In this document: piece by piece, positions 1 to 11,000 of the stretch
How the letters are laid out: every line of letters starts with the position of its first letter
Position numbering within the stretch: position 1 is the stretch's first letter
Origin: Escherichia coli
Lineage (GTDB): Bacteria; Pseudomonadota; Gammaproteobacteria; Enterobacterales; Enterobacteriaceae
Assembly: GCF_003018235.1 (NCBI RefSeq)
Contig: NZ_CP027437.1
Length of the DNA stretch: 64,000 bases
Direction: 5' to 3' (one strand)
Program-made: the position numbers and the translations under genes
The notes under the pieces: model-generated
Seen by the model: only the letters and a program-made list of their open reading frames with translations
Database searches by the model: none
What the model was told of the DNA's origin: nothing

Positions 1-666
1 GGTATCACCACTGGAGATTTGGTTACCAACATCAACCTGCTTGAGACCAACGCGACCATCGACTGGTGCGGTGATGCGGCTCCAGTCGAGTTGCAACTGC
101 GCGCTGGCGACGCTTGCTTCATCAGCCTTAATGGTGCCTTCGGTTTCACTGACCAGCGCCTGTTGGGCATCCAGCTCCTGACGGGAGACGAGATTGGTTT
201 TTGCCAGTTGCTGATAACGCGCCAGATCACGGCGGGCGTTAGCAAGCGTGGCTTTATCTTTTGCCAGTTGGCCCTGGGTTTGTGCTAATGCAACTTTGAA
301 CTGGCTGGGGTCAATTTCTGCCAGTAAATCGCCTGCTTTGACCTGCTGGCCTTCCTGGAAATGTAACGCCATCAGTTGACCATCCACGCGGCTACGCACC
401 GTAACAGTATTAGCAGCGGTAATAGTGCCAAGCCCGGTGAGGTAACGCGGTACTGCCTGTTCTACGGCGGTCGCCGCCTGAACCGGGGCTAATGGGCCGG
501 AACGCATACCACGGCGACCACCCGCTGGCGATTGCTGCGCTTGTTTCGTCGCCCCTGGGGCTGCACTCTGGGAGTCATTGCGGCCTTGCCAGAACCAGAA
601 TGCGGCGATGGCGGCGATAACCACCACGATTACGATTACCCAACGGGATTTATAACTGCCTTTCAT
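1..666 (-). CDS. mdtA: RND efflux membrane-fusion protein MdtA, N-terminal part (3' end lies outside the window)
   Basis: Minus-strand frame is open from base 1 to CAT (ATG) at 664-666. Translation starts [26 protein letters not shown], recognised as E. coli MdtA. Absent from the ORF track because the window edge truncates it. Confidence 0.9.
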   Translation of the reverse strand, partial: MKGSYKSRWVIVIVVVIAAIAAFWFWQGRNDSQSAAPGATKQAQQSPAGGRRGMRSGPLAPVQAATAVEQAVPRYLTGLGTITAANTVTVRSRVDGQLMALHFQEGQQVKAGDLLAEIDPSQFKVALAQTQGQLAKDKATLANARRDLARYQQLAKTNLVSRQELDAQQALVSETEGTIKADEASVASAQLQLDWSRITAPVDGRVGLKQVDVGNQISSGDT

Positions 667-896
667 CGTTAAGAGTTTCTCTTCCTGAAACGTTTCGCGG
701 AATGATACTAGTGTAGCCAGCCAATAAGGGAGAAAAATGGAGGAATTATGAAACACTATCGGGAATCGTCTGAATGGCGGGCACATTTGCGAGCACGCAT
801 CCAGTAATAACACAGAAAACTATTTTATCTACGCGTTAGCGATAGACTGCTTGCATGGCGAAAGGAGGTAAGCCGACGATTTCAGCGGGACGCTGA

Positions 897-1040
897 AACG
901 GGAAAGCCCCTCCCGAGGAAGGGGCCTTAAATAAGGAAAGGGTCATGATGAAGCTACTCATCATCGTGGTGCTCTTAGTCATAAGCTTCCCCGCTTACTA
1001 AGACTACCAGGGCGGGGGAAACCCCGCTCTACCCTCACTC
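897..1040 (-). ncRNA. sibA: SibA antisense sRNA (antitoxin of ibsA); ends approximate
   Basis: Position opposite ibsA. On the minus strand the hairpin GCCCCTTCCTCGGGAGGGGC (905-926) is followed by TTTCCCGTTTC, a terminator-like 3' end. The 5' end is not determinable from sequence. Confidence 0.5.
945..1001 (+). CDS. ibsA: Type I toxin IbsA, 18-aa hydrophobic peptide MMKLLIIVVLLVISFPAY
   Basis: ATGATG at 945 and TAA at 999-1001, with aaggaaaggg Shine-Dalgarno just upstream. Peptide matches the Ibs family. Too short for the ORF track. Confidence 0.85.
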   Translation: MMKLLIIVVLLVISFPAY

Positions 1041-1224
1041 CTGAAAGTATGCCTTCACGATGAGATTGTCAATCCGCAGGCTTTGTAGTCTGCGATCCTG
1101 CCAGCAAATATTCTTTGCGAGTCGTTACGCAATAATCACAGAGGAAACTATTTTATTCACGCGTTAGCGACAGACTGCATTCAGGGCGAAAGGAGGTAAG
1201 CCGATGATTTCAGCGGGACGCTGA

Positions 1225-1375
1225 AACGGGAAAGCCTCTCCCGGTGAAGAGGGCTTTTAATAAGGAAAGGGTTATGATGAAGCACGTCATCATACTGGTG
1301 ATACTCTTAGTGATTAGCTTCCAGGCTTACTAAGAACACCAGGGGGAGGGGGAAACCTCTCCCTAACCCTCACTC
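1225..1375 (-). ncRNA. sibB: SibB antisense sRNA; ends approximate
   Basis: Paralogous position to sibA. Minus-strand hairpin from aaagcctctcccggtgaagagggctttt (1231-1258). Confidence 0.45.
1274..1333 (+). CDS. ibsB: Type I toxin IbsB, 19-aa peptide MMKHVIILVILLVISFQAY
   Basis: ATGATG at 1274 and TAA at 1331-1333. Same SD context as ibsA, in the second repeat copy. Confidence 0.85.
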   Translation: MMKHVIILVILLVISFQAY

Positions 1376-1553
1376 CTGAAATTATGTCACTCCGCCCTTA
1401 GTGTCAATCGACGGCTCTCCGTTCTTGCGAGGCGAATAGCAAAATTTTCTGCGCCGCCGGGCCTAATTCTGAAAGTTTCTTCGTTTGCTCTTATTTCATT
1501 ATTGCAGTCGGTATGATACCGGACCTCGATAATTCTCTAAGAAAGGATTTCTT

Positions 1554-2213
1554 ATGAGCGAACAAATCACGTTTGCCACCAGCGATTTTGCCAGTAACCC
1601 GGAACCACGTTGCCCCTGCATTTTGCTACTGGATGTTTCTGGTTCTATGAACGGTAGACCTATTAATGAACTTAACGCCGGATTGGTTACCTTTCCTGAT
1701 GAACTGCTTGCTGATCCGCTGGCTTTAAAAAGAGTGGAACTCGGCATTGTGACGTTCGGCCCGGTGCATGTGGAACAACCCTTTACCAGCGCCGCTAATT
1801 TTTTTCCGCCCATCCTGTTTGCCCAGGGCGATACACCAATGGGTGCGGCCATTACCAAAGCCCTGGATATGGTAGAGGAGCGGAAACGTGAGTATCGTGC
1901 AAATGGTATTTCGTATTATCGCCCGTGGATTTTCCTGATCACCGATGGCGCTCCAACCGATGAGTGGCAGGCTGCCGCCAACAAAGTGTTTCAGGGGGAA
2001 GAAGATAAGAAGTTTGCCTTCTTTACCATTGGTGTTCAGGGGGCGGATATGAAGACTCTGGCACAAATCAGCGTTCGTCAGCCTTTGCCTCTGCAAGGAT
2101 TACAATTCCGTGAACTGTTTAGCTGGTTATCCAGTTCGCTGCGTTCGGTTTCCCGCTCCACGCCGGGAACGGAAGTTGTGCTGGAAGCGCCAAAAGGCTG
2201 GACGTCAGTGTGA
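1554..2213 (+). CDS. yegL: von Willebrand factor A (TerY-like) domain protein YegL
   Basis: 219-aa ORF with MIDAS motif [11 protein letters not shown]. Matches E. coli YegL in length and sequence from memory. Confidence 0.9.
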   Translation: MSEQITFATSDFASNPEPRCPCILLLDVSGSMNGRPINELNAGLVTFPDELLADPLALKRVELGIVTFGPVHVEQPFTSAANFFPPILFAQGDTPMGAAITKALDMVEERKREYRANGISYYRPWIFLITDGAPTDEWQAAANKVFQGEEDKKFAFFTIGVQGADMKTLAQISVRQPLPLQGLQFRELFSWLSSSLRSVSRSTPGTEVVLEAPKGWTSV

Positions 2214-2971
2214 GCTGGCGTCTGGTTTATGCATCCGCTGTTGGAACATCGCACATTAGTGCTGATTTGCCTTGTCAGGATGCCTGCCAGATGCAGGTTG
2301 TCTGGTTAAACGACCAGCAACCATTACTGGTGATGTTCCTTGCTGATGGCGCAGGTAGCGTTTCGCAGGGAGGAGAAGGCGCGACGCTCGCCGTCAATGA
2401 AGCGATGGCGTTTATGGTGCAAAAAGTACAGGACGGTGAATTGGGGCTTAATGATGTCCTCGCCACAAATATGGTACTGACTATTCGTCAGCGACTTTTT
2501 GCCGAGGCGGAAGCCAAAGAATTAGCAGTTCGCGATTTTGCCTGCACGTTTCTGGGATTGATTTCATCGGCTAATGGCACCTTGATTATGCAGATTGGCG
2601 ATGGCGGCGTGGTGGTGGATTTTGGTCACGGTCTGCAATTGCCGCTTACGCCGATGGTGGGTGAATATGCCAATATGACGCACTTCATTACCGATGAAGA
2701 TGCCGTTTCCAGACTGGAAACTTTCACCAGCACTGAGCGTGTGCATAAAGTTGCAGCATTTACGGATGGTATCCAGCGACTGGCGTTAAATATGTTGGAT
2801 AATTCTCCGCATGTGCCTTTCTTTACCCCGTTTTTCAATGGACTGGCGTCAGCAACGCAGGAACAACTCGATTTATTACCTGAATTGTTAAAGCAGTTTT
2901 TGTCCAGCCCAGCGGTAAACGAGCGTACCGATGATGATAAAACGTTAGCACTGGCGCTGTGGGCAGAGTGA
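2210..2971 (+). CDS. yegK: PP2C-like Ser/Thr protein phosphatase YegK (PphC)
   Basis: 253-aa ORF. GTG start overlaps the yegL stop (GTGA). Same length and position as K-12 YegK. Confidence 0.88.
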   Translation: MSWRLVYASAVGTSHISADLPCQDACQMQVVWLNDQQPLLVMFLADGAGSVSQGGEGATLAVNEAMAFMVQKVQDGELGLNDVLATNMVLTIRQRLFAEAEAKELAVRDFACTFLGLISSANGTLIMQIGDGGVVVDFGHGLQLPLTPMVGEYANMTHFITDEDAVSRLETFTSTERVHKVAAFTDGIQRLALNMLDNSPHVPFFTPFFNGLASATQEQLDLLPELLKQFLSSPAVNERTDDDKTLALALWAE

Positions 2972-2980
2972 GTTTCTCAT

Positions 2981-3008
2981 GGCGGTTGAAGACAACAATT
3001 CAACCGCC
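2981..3008. terminator. Bidirectional stem-loop between convergent yegK and yegJ
   Basis: GGCGGTTGAA (2981-2990), loop gacaacaa, TTCAACCGCC (2999-3008): a perfect 10-bp stem. Confidence 0.55.
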
Positions 3009-3035
3009 AGTTTAAACAATAAATATAACGGCTGA

Positions 3036-3497
3036 TTAGCGAACTAATTTTGCTCTAAGCTCGTCGGCTTCTTCTTTTGGATAGGTGACCAATAAAGGAT
3101 CAATGGTATAACCGCCGTAAATTTTATCCCCGCGCGTATACATCCAGTCTGAAATATCTTCTTTCTTGATTTTCCACTCCTGGCCATATTCTACGTTTGT
3201 AACAATACCAGGGTCATTGCTGATTACGCCAATAAACATGCCGTTAGAATAAGTGACATCCGTGAGCCAGAAATGCTCGGTTCTTCCGTGATCGGTTATC
3301 GGGGCTTTGACTGCGAAAGTATCGGCATCTTTTTTATTCATAACTTCGATGAATTGATCAGTTTCTTTACGCGCATGTTTAATCGCGTCAGACATCGCTT
3401 GTTTATCATAACCTCCCGTCACTAACGTATCCGAAACTTCACTAAAGCCCGCGGTAGTAAAAAATAGCAGACTCAACATAAGTAATATCTTTTTCAT
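3036..3497 (-). CDS. yegJ: Exported DUF2314-type protein YegJ
   Basis: 153-aa ORF with signal-peptide-like N-terminus MKKILLMLSLLFFTTAGFS. K-12 synteny. Confidence 0.85.
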   Translation of the reverse strand: MKKILLMLSLLFFTTAGFSEVSDTLVTGGYDKQAMSDAIKHARKETDQFIEVMNKKDADTFAVKAPITDHGRTEHFWLTDVTYSNGMFIGVISNDPGIVTNVEYGQEWKIKKEDISDWMYTRGDKIYGGYTIDPLLVTYPKEEADELRAKLVR

Positions 3498-3696
3498 TTT
3501 TTCTCCAGAATCCCTTTGTAGTCAAAGTTAGCAAAAACCTGTGGGAGTTAATCATTATCAGGCCGAAATTGAATTGTATCCTGATAAAATTGCATTATCA
3601 TTTTTATTCTTGAGTGGGTTTTCCCCATATAGAAATAATTTTAATGGTTAGTTGTTATTATTCATTGAAATATAATATAACTACCCGCGAAATATT

Positions 3697-5643
3697 ATGA
3701 AAACAAATATAAAAGTATTTACATCGACAGGTGAATTGACCACTCTTGGCCGTGAACTGGGCAAAGGCGGTGAAGGCGCGGTTTATGATATCAATGAGTT
3801 TGTCGATAGCGTCGCCAAGATTTATCACACGCCGCCACCCGCCTTAAAACAGGACAAACTTGCCTTTATGGCTGCGACAGCTGACGCGCAGTTGTTGAAT
3901 TATGTCGCCTGGCCGCAGGCAACGCTTCACGGTGGACGAGGCGGAAAAGTTATCGGTTTTATGATGCCAAAAGTTTCTGGTAAAGAACCGATTCATATGA
4001 TCTATAGCCCGGCACATCGTCGCCAGAGTTACCCTCATTGTGCGTGGGATTTTCTACTCTATGTTGCGCGCAATATTGCTTCATCTTTTGCTACGGTTCA
4101 CGAGCACGGGCACGTCGTGGGTGACGTAAACCAGAACAGTTTTATGGTAGGTCGCGACAGCAAAGTGGTACTGATTGATAGCGACTCCTTTCAGATTAAC
4201 GCCAATGGCACACTGCATTTATGCGAAGTCGGCGTGTCGCATTTTACGCCGCCAGAGCTACAAACCTTGTCGTCATTTGTCGGCTTTGAACGCACAGAAA
4301 ATCACGATAATTTTGGCCTTGCGTTGCTGATTTTTCACGTCTTGTTTGGTGGCCGGCATCCTTATTCTGGTGTGCCGCTTATCTCTGATGCGGGTAATGC
4401 GCTGGAGACGGATATTACCCATTTCCGTTATGCCTACGCGTCAGATAATCAGCGACGTGGTTTAAAACCGCCGCCACGATCGATTCCGCTATCGATGTTA
4501 CCGAGTGATGTTGAAGCCATGTTTCAGCAGGCGTTTACGGAAAGTGGCGTGGCAACCGGGCGTCCGACGGCTAAAGCGTGGGTATCAGCACTGGATTCTC
4601 TACGCCAACAGTTAAAGAAATGTACCGTATCGGCAATGCATGTTTATCCCGGTCATTTGGCTGACTGCCCGTGGTGTGCGCTGGATAATCAAGGCGTTAT
4701 CTATTTTGTTGATCTCGGCGAAGAGGTCATTACCACCAGCGGTGATTTTGTGCTGGCGAAAGTCTGGGCGATGGTGATGGCGTCAGTAGCACCGCCAGCA
4801 TTGCAATTGCCATTACCCGATCATTTCCAACCGACTGGCAGGCCGCTTCCTTTAGGCCTGTTACGGCGCGAATACATCATTCTGATTGAGATCGCACTGT
4901 CAGCGTTATCGCTGTTGCTTTGCGGCCTTCAGGCAGAACCGCGTTATATTATTTTGGTTCCTGTGCTGTCGGCTATCTGGATTATTGGCAGTCTGACAAG
5001 CAAAGCGTACAAAGCAGAAATCCAGCAACGCCGTGAGGCATTTAATCGCGCGAAAATGGACTATGAGCATTTAGTCAGCCAGATCCAACAGTTGGGCGGG
5101 CTGGAAGGTTTTATCGCCAAACGGGCGATGCTCGAAAAAATGAAGGACGAAATTCTCGGGTTACCGGAAGAAGAGAAACGCGCTCTGGCAGCACTTCATG
5201 ACACTGCAAGGGAACGGCAGAAGCAGAAGTTTCTGGAGGGATTTTTTATTGATGTTGCCTCTATTCCCGGCGTTGGCCCTGCGCGTAAAGCGGCGTTACG
5301 GTCTTTTGGTATTGAAACAGCCGCAGATGTTACCCGTCGTGGCGTTAAGCAAGTGAAAGGGTTTGGCGACCATCTGACCCAGGCGGTTATCGACTGGAAA
5401 GCGAGCTGTGAACGCCGTTTTGTGTTCAGGCCGAATGAAGCGATAACGCCAGCAGACAGACAAGCGGTAATGGCGAAAATGACCGCCAAACGACATCGGC
5501 TGGAATCGACGTTGACTGTCGGCGCGACAGAGTTGCAGCGATTCCGCCTTCATGCTCCAGCACGGACCATGCTGTTGATGGAACCTTTACGTCAGGCGGC
5601 AGAAAAACTGGCTCAGGCGCAGGCAGATTTAAGCCGCTGCTGA
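3697..5643 (+). CDS. yegI: Eukaryote-like Ser/Thr protein kinase YegI with C-terminal TM pair, coiled coil and two helix-hairpin-helix motifs
   Basis: 648-aa ORF. Glycine loop GKGGEGAVY, catalytic-loop-like HVVGDVNQNSFMV, LIDSDSF. Hydrophobic segments IILIEIALSALSLLLCGL and IILVPVLSAIWIIGSL. HhH-like IPGVGPARKAALRSFGIETAADV and VKGFGDHLTQAVIDW. Confidence 0.88.
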   Translation: MKTNIKVFTSTGELTTLGRELGKGGEGAVYDINEFVDSVAKIYHTPPPALKQDKLAFMAATADAQLLNYVAWPQATLHGGRGGKVIGFMMPKVSGKEPIHMIYSPAHRRQSYPHCAWDFLLYVARNIASSFATVHEHGHVVGDVNQNSFMVGRDSKVVLIDSDSFQINANGTLHLCEVGVSHFTPPELQTLSSFVGFERTENHDNFGLALLIFHVLFGGRHPYSGVPLISDAGNALETDITHFRYAYASDNQRRGLKPPPRSIPLSMLPSDVEAMFQQAFTESGVATGRPTAKAWVSALDSLRQQLKKCTVSAMHVYPGHLADCPWCALDNQGVIYFVDLGEEVITTSGDFVLAKVWAMVMASVAPPALQLPLPDHFQPTGRPLPLGLLRREYIILIEIALSALSLLLCGLQAEPRYIILVPVLSAIWIIGSLTSKAYKAEIQQRREAFNRAKMDYEHLVSQIQQLGGLEGFIAKRAMLEKMKDEILGLPEEEKRALAALHDTARERQKQKFLEGFFIDVASIPGVGPARKAALRSFGIETAADVTRRGVKQVKGFGDHLTQAVIDWKASCERRFVFRPNEAITPADRQAVMAKMTAKRHRLESTLTVGATELQRFRLHAPARTMLLMEPLRQAAEKLAQAQADLSRC

Positions 5644-5654
5644 GCCATTTTCTT

Positions 5655-7007
5655 TTAACGAAACACCACTTCCGCCCAGCGTGCCAGCCCGGCGGTGACG
5701 GAGCCAAAGTCATCGCCGCCTGCAATCGGAATGCCCGGCAACTGTTCTGCCAGCGCTTTTTTAATCAGCGGCGAACGGGCGCTACCGCCGGTCAGGTAGA
5801 TAACGTCCGGTTTTTCCTGGGCGTTATCCAGGGCCAGTTGCACCTGTTCCAGAATCCGCGCCAGTGGCTGGCTGAGGGCGCTTTCCAGCCCTTGCTGGCT
5901 AATCAGCGTAGCCAGTTCATCGCTGATAAACGGCAGTGAGGCGCGGGTTTCCGCTACGCTTGAAAGAGCAATTTTGCACTCTTCTGCGCTACGCACCAGG
6001 CGATAGCTTAAACGCTGACGCCAGACTTTCTGTAGCAGGGCCACTTTTTCCGGTTCGCGGGCATCGCGTACCAGATCGTTAAGCAGACGACCGTTGGCAC
6101 TACTGTAGAAATCACTCTGCGCAGGTACGTCGTTGATGGCAACCGCATTCCACCACGGCAGAATCGGCAGGGCGATGCCTTTTTCGGTTTCGCCACCCAT
6201 GCCCAGTAACGGCATCAGGATTTTAAACGCCAGTGCGATGTCCAGATCGTTACCGCCAATACGGCAACCACTGTGACCCAGCAGGCTGGCTTCACGATCG
6301 AGACGCGAACGCCACTGCGGCCCCATCAGCAGCAATGAACAGTCAGTCGTACCACCGCCGATATCCACCACCAGCACCCGTTTTTCTTCCTGCAAGGTGG
6401 CTTCGTAATCCAGCCCAGCCGCGACCGGCTCGTACTGGAATACCACGTCCCTGAATCCGGCACGCTTCGCCGCGCGTTCCAGAATCCCTTGCGCCTGGGT
6501 GTTTGCTTCATCACCGCCCAGCCCCTGGAAGTTGATCGGGCGACCAATCACCGCCTGAGTAATCGCTTCTGGCAGCTGCGCCTGCGCCTGCTGGCGAATG
6601 TGCAACATCATTGCGCAGACCAGATCCTCAAACAGCGCTACCTGCTGCGGTTTTAAGCCGCTGGCACCGAGGAACGATTTTGGTGATTTCACAAACCACA
6701 CTTCTTCTGGATCATAAATGTACTGTGCCAGTGAGGAAAGACCGAACTGCACGCTTTTCGCCGTAACATCGATATCTTCTTCGCGGTTATAACGAATCGC
6801 CCGACGTAACAGCGCCTGCGTTTCATCGTCGTCTGCCGGAACATCATGATGGCGGTACAGCCATTCACTTACTGCTTCACGCGTTGGCGCGCAAAGCATT
6901 GAAGGCAGCAGCGTGCTGTCGTTTTCCATTTTCAGTAATTGCGGTTTACCGTCACGCATGACCGCCACTGAACAGTTTGCTGTACCGTAATCAAAACCAA
7001 TAAACAC
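5655..7007 (-). CDS. yegD: Hsp70/actin-fold ATPase YegD
   Basis: 450-aa ORF with MFIGFDYGTANCSVA and DIGGGTTD phosphate-binding motifs. K-12 synteny. Confidence 0.92.
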   Translation of the reverse strand: MFIGFDYGTANCSVAVMRDGKPQLLKMENDSTLLPSMLCAPTREAVSEWLYRHHDVPADDDETQALLRRAIRYNREEDIDVTAKSVQFGLSSLAQYIYDPEEVWFVKSPKSFLGASGLKPQQVALFEDLVCAMMLHIRQQAQAQLPEAITQAVIGRPINFQGLGGDEANTQAQGILERAAKRAGFRDVVFQYEPVAAGLDYEATLQEEKRVLVVDIGGGTTDCSLLLMGPQWRSRLDREASLLGHSGCRIGGNDLDIALAFKILMPLLGMGGETEKGIALPILPWWNAVAINDVPAQSDFYSSANGRLLNDLVRDAREPEKVALLQKVWRQRLSYRLVRSAEECKIALSSVAETRASLPFISDELATLISQQGLESALSQPLARILEQVQLALDNAQEKPDVIYLTGGSARSPLIKKALAEQLPGIPIAGGDDFGSVTAGLARWAEVVFR

Positions 7008-7140
7008 GAATTAATCCCCATGCCGGTGAAGAAGGGGCGTGACTTTAGCGAAATGTTGCCGTCGCGACAACCGGAATATGAAAGCAAAGCGTAGCGTCTG
7101 AATAACGTTTATGCTGAAAGCGGATGAATAAGGAGATGCG

Positions 7141-7998
7141 ATGTATACCCTGAACTGGCAACCGCCGTATGACTGGTCGTGGATGTTGGGATTTCTCGCC
7201 GCCCGTGCAGTGAGTGGTGTGGAAACGGTCGCTGACGATTATTATGCCCGTAGTCTGGCGGTGGGCGAATATCGCGGCGTGGTGACTGCTATTCCGGATA
7301 TGGCCCGTCATACTCTGCACATAAATTTAAGTGCAGGTTTAGAACCTGTTGCCGCTGAGTGTCTGGCGAAAATGAGCCGCCTGCTTGATCTGCAATGTAA
7401 CCCGCAGATTGTTAACGGTGCGTTGGGCAAGTTAGGCGCGGCCCGGCCCGGATTGCGTTTACCCGGCTGTGTTGATGCTTTTGAGCAGGGTGTGCGGGCG
7501 ATTTTAGGCCAACTGGTGAGCGTGGCGATGGCGGCAAAATTGACTGCCAAAGTGGTACAGCTTTATGGCGAACGGCTGGATGATTTTCCGGAGTATATCT
7601 GCTTCCCGACGCCTCAGCGGCTGGCAGCAGCCGACCCGCAGGTATTAAAAGCGTTAGGTATGCCGTTGAAACGGGCAGAGGCGCTGATTCATCTGGCAAA
7701 TGCGGCGCTGGAGGGCACCTTACCAATGACAATACCGGGCGATGTGGAGCAGGCGATGAAAACGCTGCAAACTTTTCCGGGTATCGGGCGCTGGACGGCG
7801 AATTATTTCGCTTTGCGTGGCTGGCAGGCGAAAGATGTTTTTCTGCCGGATGATTATCTGATTAAACAGCGATTTCCGGGGATGACACCGGCACAAATCC
7901 GCCGTTATGCCGAGCGCTGGAAGCCCTGGCGTTCTTATGCGCTGTTGCATATCTGGTATACGGAAGGCTGGCAACCAGACGGAACGGACGAATTGTAG
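7141..7998 (+). CDS. alkA: 3-methyladenine DNA glycosylase II
   Basis: 285-aa ORF starting MYTLNWQPPYDWSWMLGFLAARAV, with HhH-GPD region FPGIGRWTANYF. The C-terminal few residues differ from my memory of K-12 (282 aa). Confidence 0.93.
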   Translation: MYTLNWQPPYDWSWMLGFLAARAVSGVETVADDYYARSLAVGEYRGVVTAIPDMARHTLHINLSAGLEPVAAECLAKMSRLLDLQCNPQIVNGALGKLGAARPGLRLPGCVDAFEQGVRAILGQLVSVAMAAKLTAKVVQLYGERLDDFPEYICFPTPQRLAAADPQVLKALGMPLKRAEALIHLANAALEGTLPMTIPGDVEQAMKTLQTFPGIGRWTANYFALRGWQAKDVFLPDDYLIKQRFPGMTPAQIRRYAERWKPWRSYALLHIWYTEGWQPDGTDEL

Positions 7999-8020
7999 GC
8001 CTGATACGTCGCATCAGGCA
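7997..8020. repeat. REP-like palindrome between convergent alkA and dgcE
   Basis: aggcctgatacgtcgcatcaggca, matching the REP consensus core gcctgat...gcatcaggc. Confidence 0.6.
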
Positions 8021-8036
8021 ATGGGCAAACGCTCCC

Positions 8037-11000
8037 TCAGTTAATCGCGAAATAACTGCTATTCACCAGCAAATCCAGCGGTTGGGCATCGGCAATCACA
8101 TCACCATAAATCAGATCGACGCCGATGCCAGAAAGCGTATCCATCACTAAGGGTAAAACGACTGGCCCGGCGATGGTTTTCATCCCGAGTCGCTGAGCGT
8201 GCCCCTGAATAATCGTAATCAGCATCTCATCCATCAAATTACCCTGCACGTTGGCGCATAACTCACCATCAAGTAGCAGGTAATCTGCCATATTCGCTTT
8301 CAGCGAGTTGAAGATTTGCAGATCGCGGCCCACCTGGCTGAGCACTATCCGACATCCCGCCAGCCGCAGTTTTTGCACGCTTTCTGCGTGATCTAAAATC
8401 GCGTCTGCCGGAATAATCAGATGTAATAACCGTGGTGGTAGAGGGCTATTTTCCAGCTGCTCAAGCAGATCATTCACCAGCGTGGCGCTACTCAAACCGG
8501 CAACGGAAAGGGGGAGGGCGATGCTTATGCCTTTACTGGCAACCGCTTTTGCGGCCAGCTGGAAAAATTCGTGGAATACCCGTCGGTCAAGAGCATAGCT
8601 AAGTGCCGGATCGCTGAAGCTACGACGAAATTTTTGTTCAACAATAATCTCGCCTTCGCAACTCCAGAGTTTAAGCGAAATCAGCCACAAATTACGCGCT
8701 TCCGGGATCCGCGGCGAAGCGACACCGTGGGCCATCATCATCAACTGATTCTCTTTAATCATCCGCCACTGTTCATCAAGCGACATCGCCGCCCGTTCGC
8801 TATGTGCGGCAGCTTGCTGTGGTTCGTAAACCGTCACCCGGCCCCGTCCACCATTTTTGGAGGCATAACAGGCGATATCAGCCTGCGACATCACTTCTGC
8901 CGCCTGATGATTGTTGTCATCAATCAAGGTAATCCCGGCACTGGCACCTACCCGATGCACACGGCCTTCCCATATAAAGTGATAATCATTCACGGCACTG
9001 ATAATGCGTGTAGCGATAAAACGCGCACTTTCGATATTACAGTCTGGCAACAGTAGACCAAATTCATCACCACCGAGTCGCGCCAGCACGTCGCTGGAGC
9101 GCAGCATACTCAGCATCAACGACGCCAGTTCGCGCAGTAAAGCGTCACCCGCCGCATGCCCGGCGCTGTCATTCACCGCTTTAAAGCGATCAAGATCGAT
9201 AAACACCAGGGCATGTCGCTGATGTGTACTGTTTACCGTTTGCAGCAGCATACGCAGTTGCTTCTCAAAACTGGCGCGATTGGCGAGATGCGTCAGTGCA
9301 TCATGGGAGGCGCTGTAGCTCAGCTGGCGCAGCATTTTGCGTGATTCGGTGACGTCCTGAATCACCAGAACCGAACCAATATTGCTGCCGTCCAGAGTAC
9401 TTAACGGCGTAATACTGTAATGCACGTCGTAACTGCCGCCGCTCCGACAGTGCAACACCACATCTTGTTCGATTGCGGAACGTGAGGTGTCGGCACTGTA
9501 AATGTTCTCCATTAATGGTCCGTTGTCGCCAAAAGTAATATGCAACACCGTCAGGAGCGGAACACCTAACGCTTCTTCCTGCGTCCAGCCGCTCATCTTC
9601 TCCGCCACTGGATTCATAAAGGTAATTTTCATCGCCATATCAATACAGACCACGGCTTCACCGATGGAATCAAGCGTAATGTGCAGGCGCTCTTTTTCCT
9701 GAAACAATGCCTCGTTAAGCTGTTTCACTTCGGTCATATCCATATTGATGCCGAGGAGACGTTCGACTTCGCCTTCTTTATTCAGTACCCGGTTGGCGAG
9801 GGCGCGGATATGGCGAATACCGTCTTTTACGGTAATGCGAAATTCCAGTTTAAAGGGCGAGCGTGATTGCAACGAATCACGAATCACTTTTTCGGCATGC
9901 TGGCGATCTTCCGGCAGCACGCACTCGTACCACACCTGCCAGTTCGGTTTGATATGTGGAGGAATTTCATACAGCTCGAACATCCGCTTATCCCAGCTAA
10001 AAACATTCGGCTTCAACTCCCACTCCCAGATGCCAATCCCGCCCGCTTCGTTAGCCAGCGTGATGCGCTCCATCAGTTGCTGATTGACCTGTTCGGTGCG
10101 TTTTAGCTCGTTAATGTCTTCAATCTGAGCGATAAAATAGAGCGGCGTGCCATCCGTGTGGCGCACCAGTGAGACGGCAAGCAACGCCCAGACAACATCG
10201 CCATTGCGGTTGTAGTAGCGTTTTTCCATTGAATAGGTGTTTATTTCACCGCTTATCAGCTTTTCAACCTGTTGGAGATCTTTATTGAGATCCTCCGGCC
10301 AGGTCAGTTGCTGAAAGGTGAGTCCGCGCAGCTCTTCCTGACTGTACCCGAGAAACTGGCAGAGCGCTTTGTTGGTTTGCAGCCATTGTCCCTCGGTGCC
10401 CACTAACGCCATACCGATAGCGGAATATTCCATGGCGTTCCGAAAACGGGTTTCGCTTTCGGAAATGTGTTTGCGTTCCGCACGAAAGGCATACATCACC
10501 ATGGTCATGATGTTGGCGGGCAGCAGGATCAGCAAAAACGGTAGCCACGGCATATGGCTCATCAGGTATGTACGCGGCGTAGCAAGCAGGGAGGGATCCG
10601 CGGCCATCATCAGCGACACCATCATCACCGTGGTAAGGAAGATCAAAAAGGCTTCCATTCGTGGCAGGCGCACGGCGCTCCACATCAACAGCACAATAAT
10701 GAAAGTAAAAGGCCACGGCAGATACAGCATCGAAAGCCAGCTTAACGTCAGTGTGATGGCTAACGTGAGCAGCGACTCAAAAAGCAACCGTGGGTTGCGA
10801 TGGCGCAGCAGATAGTGTGGTTTAAATAACAATCCCAGCGGCACCAGTGCCAGAGCGCCGATGGATTCTGACAGTACCCATATCAAAAATGCCCTGAGAG
10901 GATCGTCTCCGGGCGTCAGCAGGACAACCAGAACACCCCCTAGCAGAGGCGGAACAATGGCGCTGCCGAATGCCAGACGCAGCCAGTCAGCCAGATTTTG

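Larger units (their letters stand above)
806..1386. repeat. Tandem duplication of the sib/ibs unit (two ~250-bp copies, about 806-1050 and 1130-1386)
   Basis: Direct self-alignment. Both copies share ...cacagaRaaactattttatYYacgcgttagcgaYagactgc...ggcgaaaggaggtaagccgaYgatttcagcgggacgctgaaacgggaaagcc...aataaggaaagggtYatgatgaagc...ctcactcctgaaaKtatg. Confidence 0.85.

Noticed and set aside
19..288. 89-aa plus-strand ORF at the window start
   Set aside because: It lies antisense inside mdtA, whose minus-strand frame gives a recognisable MdtA N-terminus. It is a shadow ORF.
1499..2096. Minus-strand ORFs of 119 and 123 aa overlapping yegL
   Set aside because: Antisense to a well-supported conserved gene, with no motifs and low-complexity translations.
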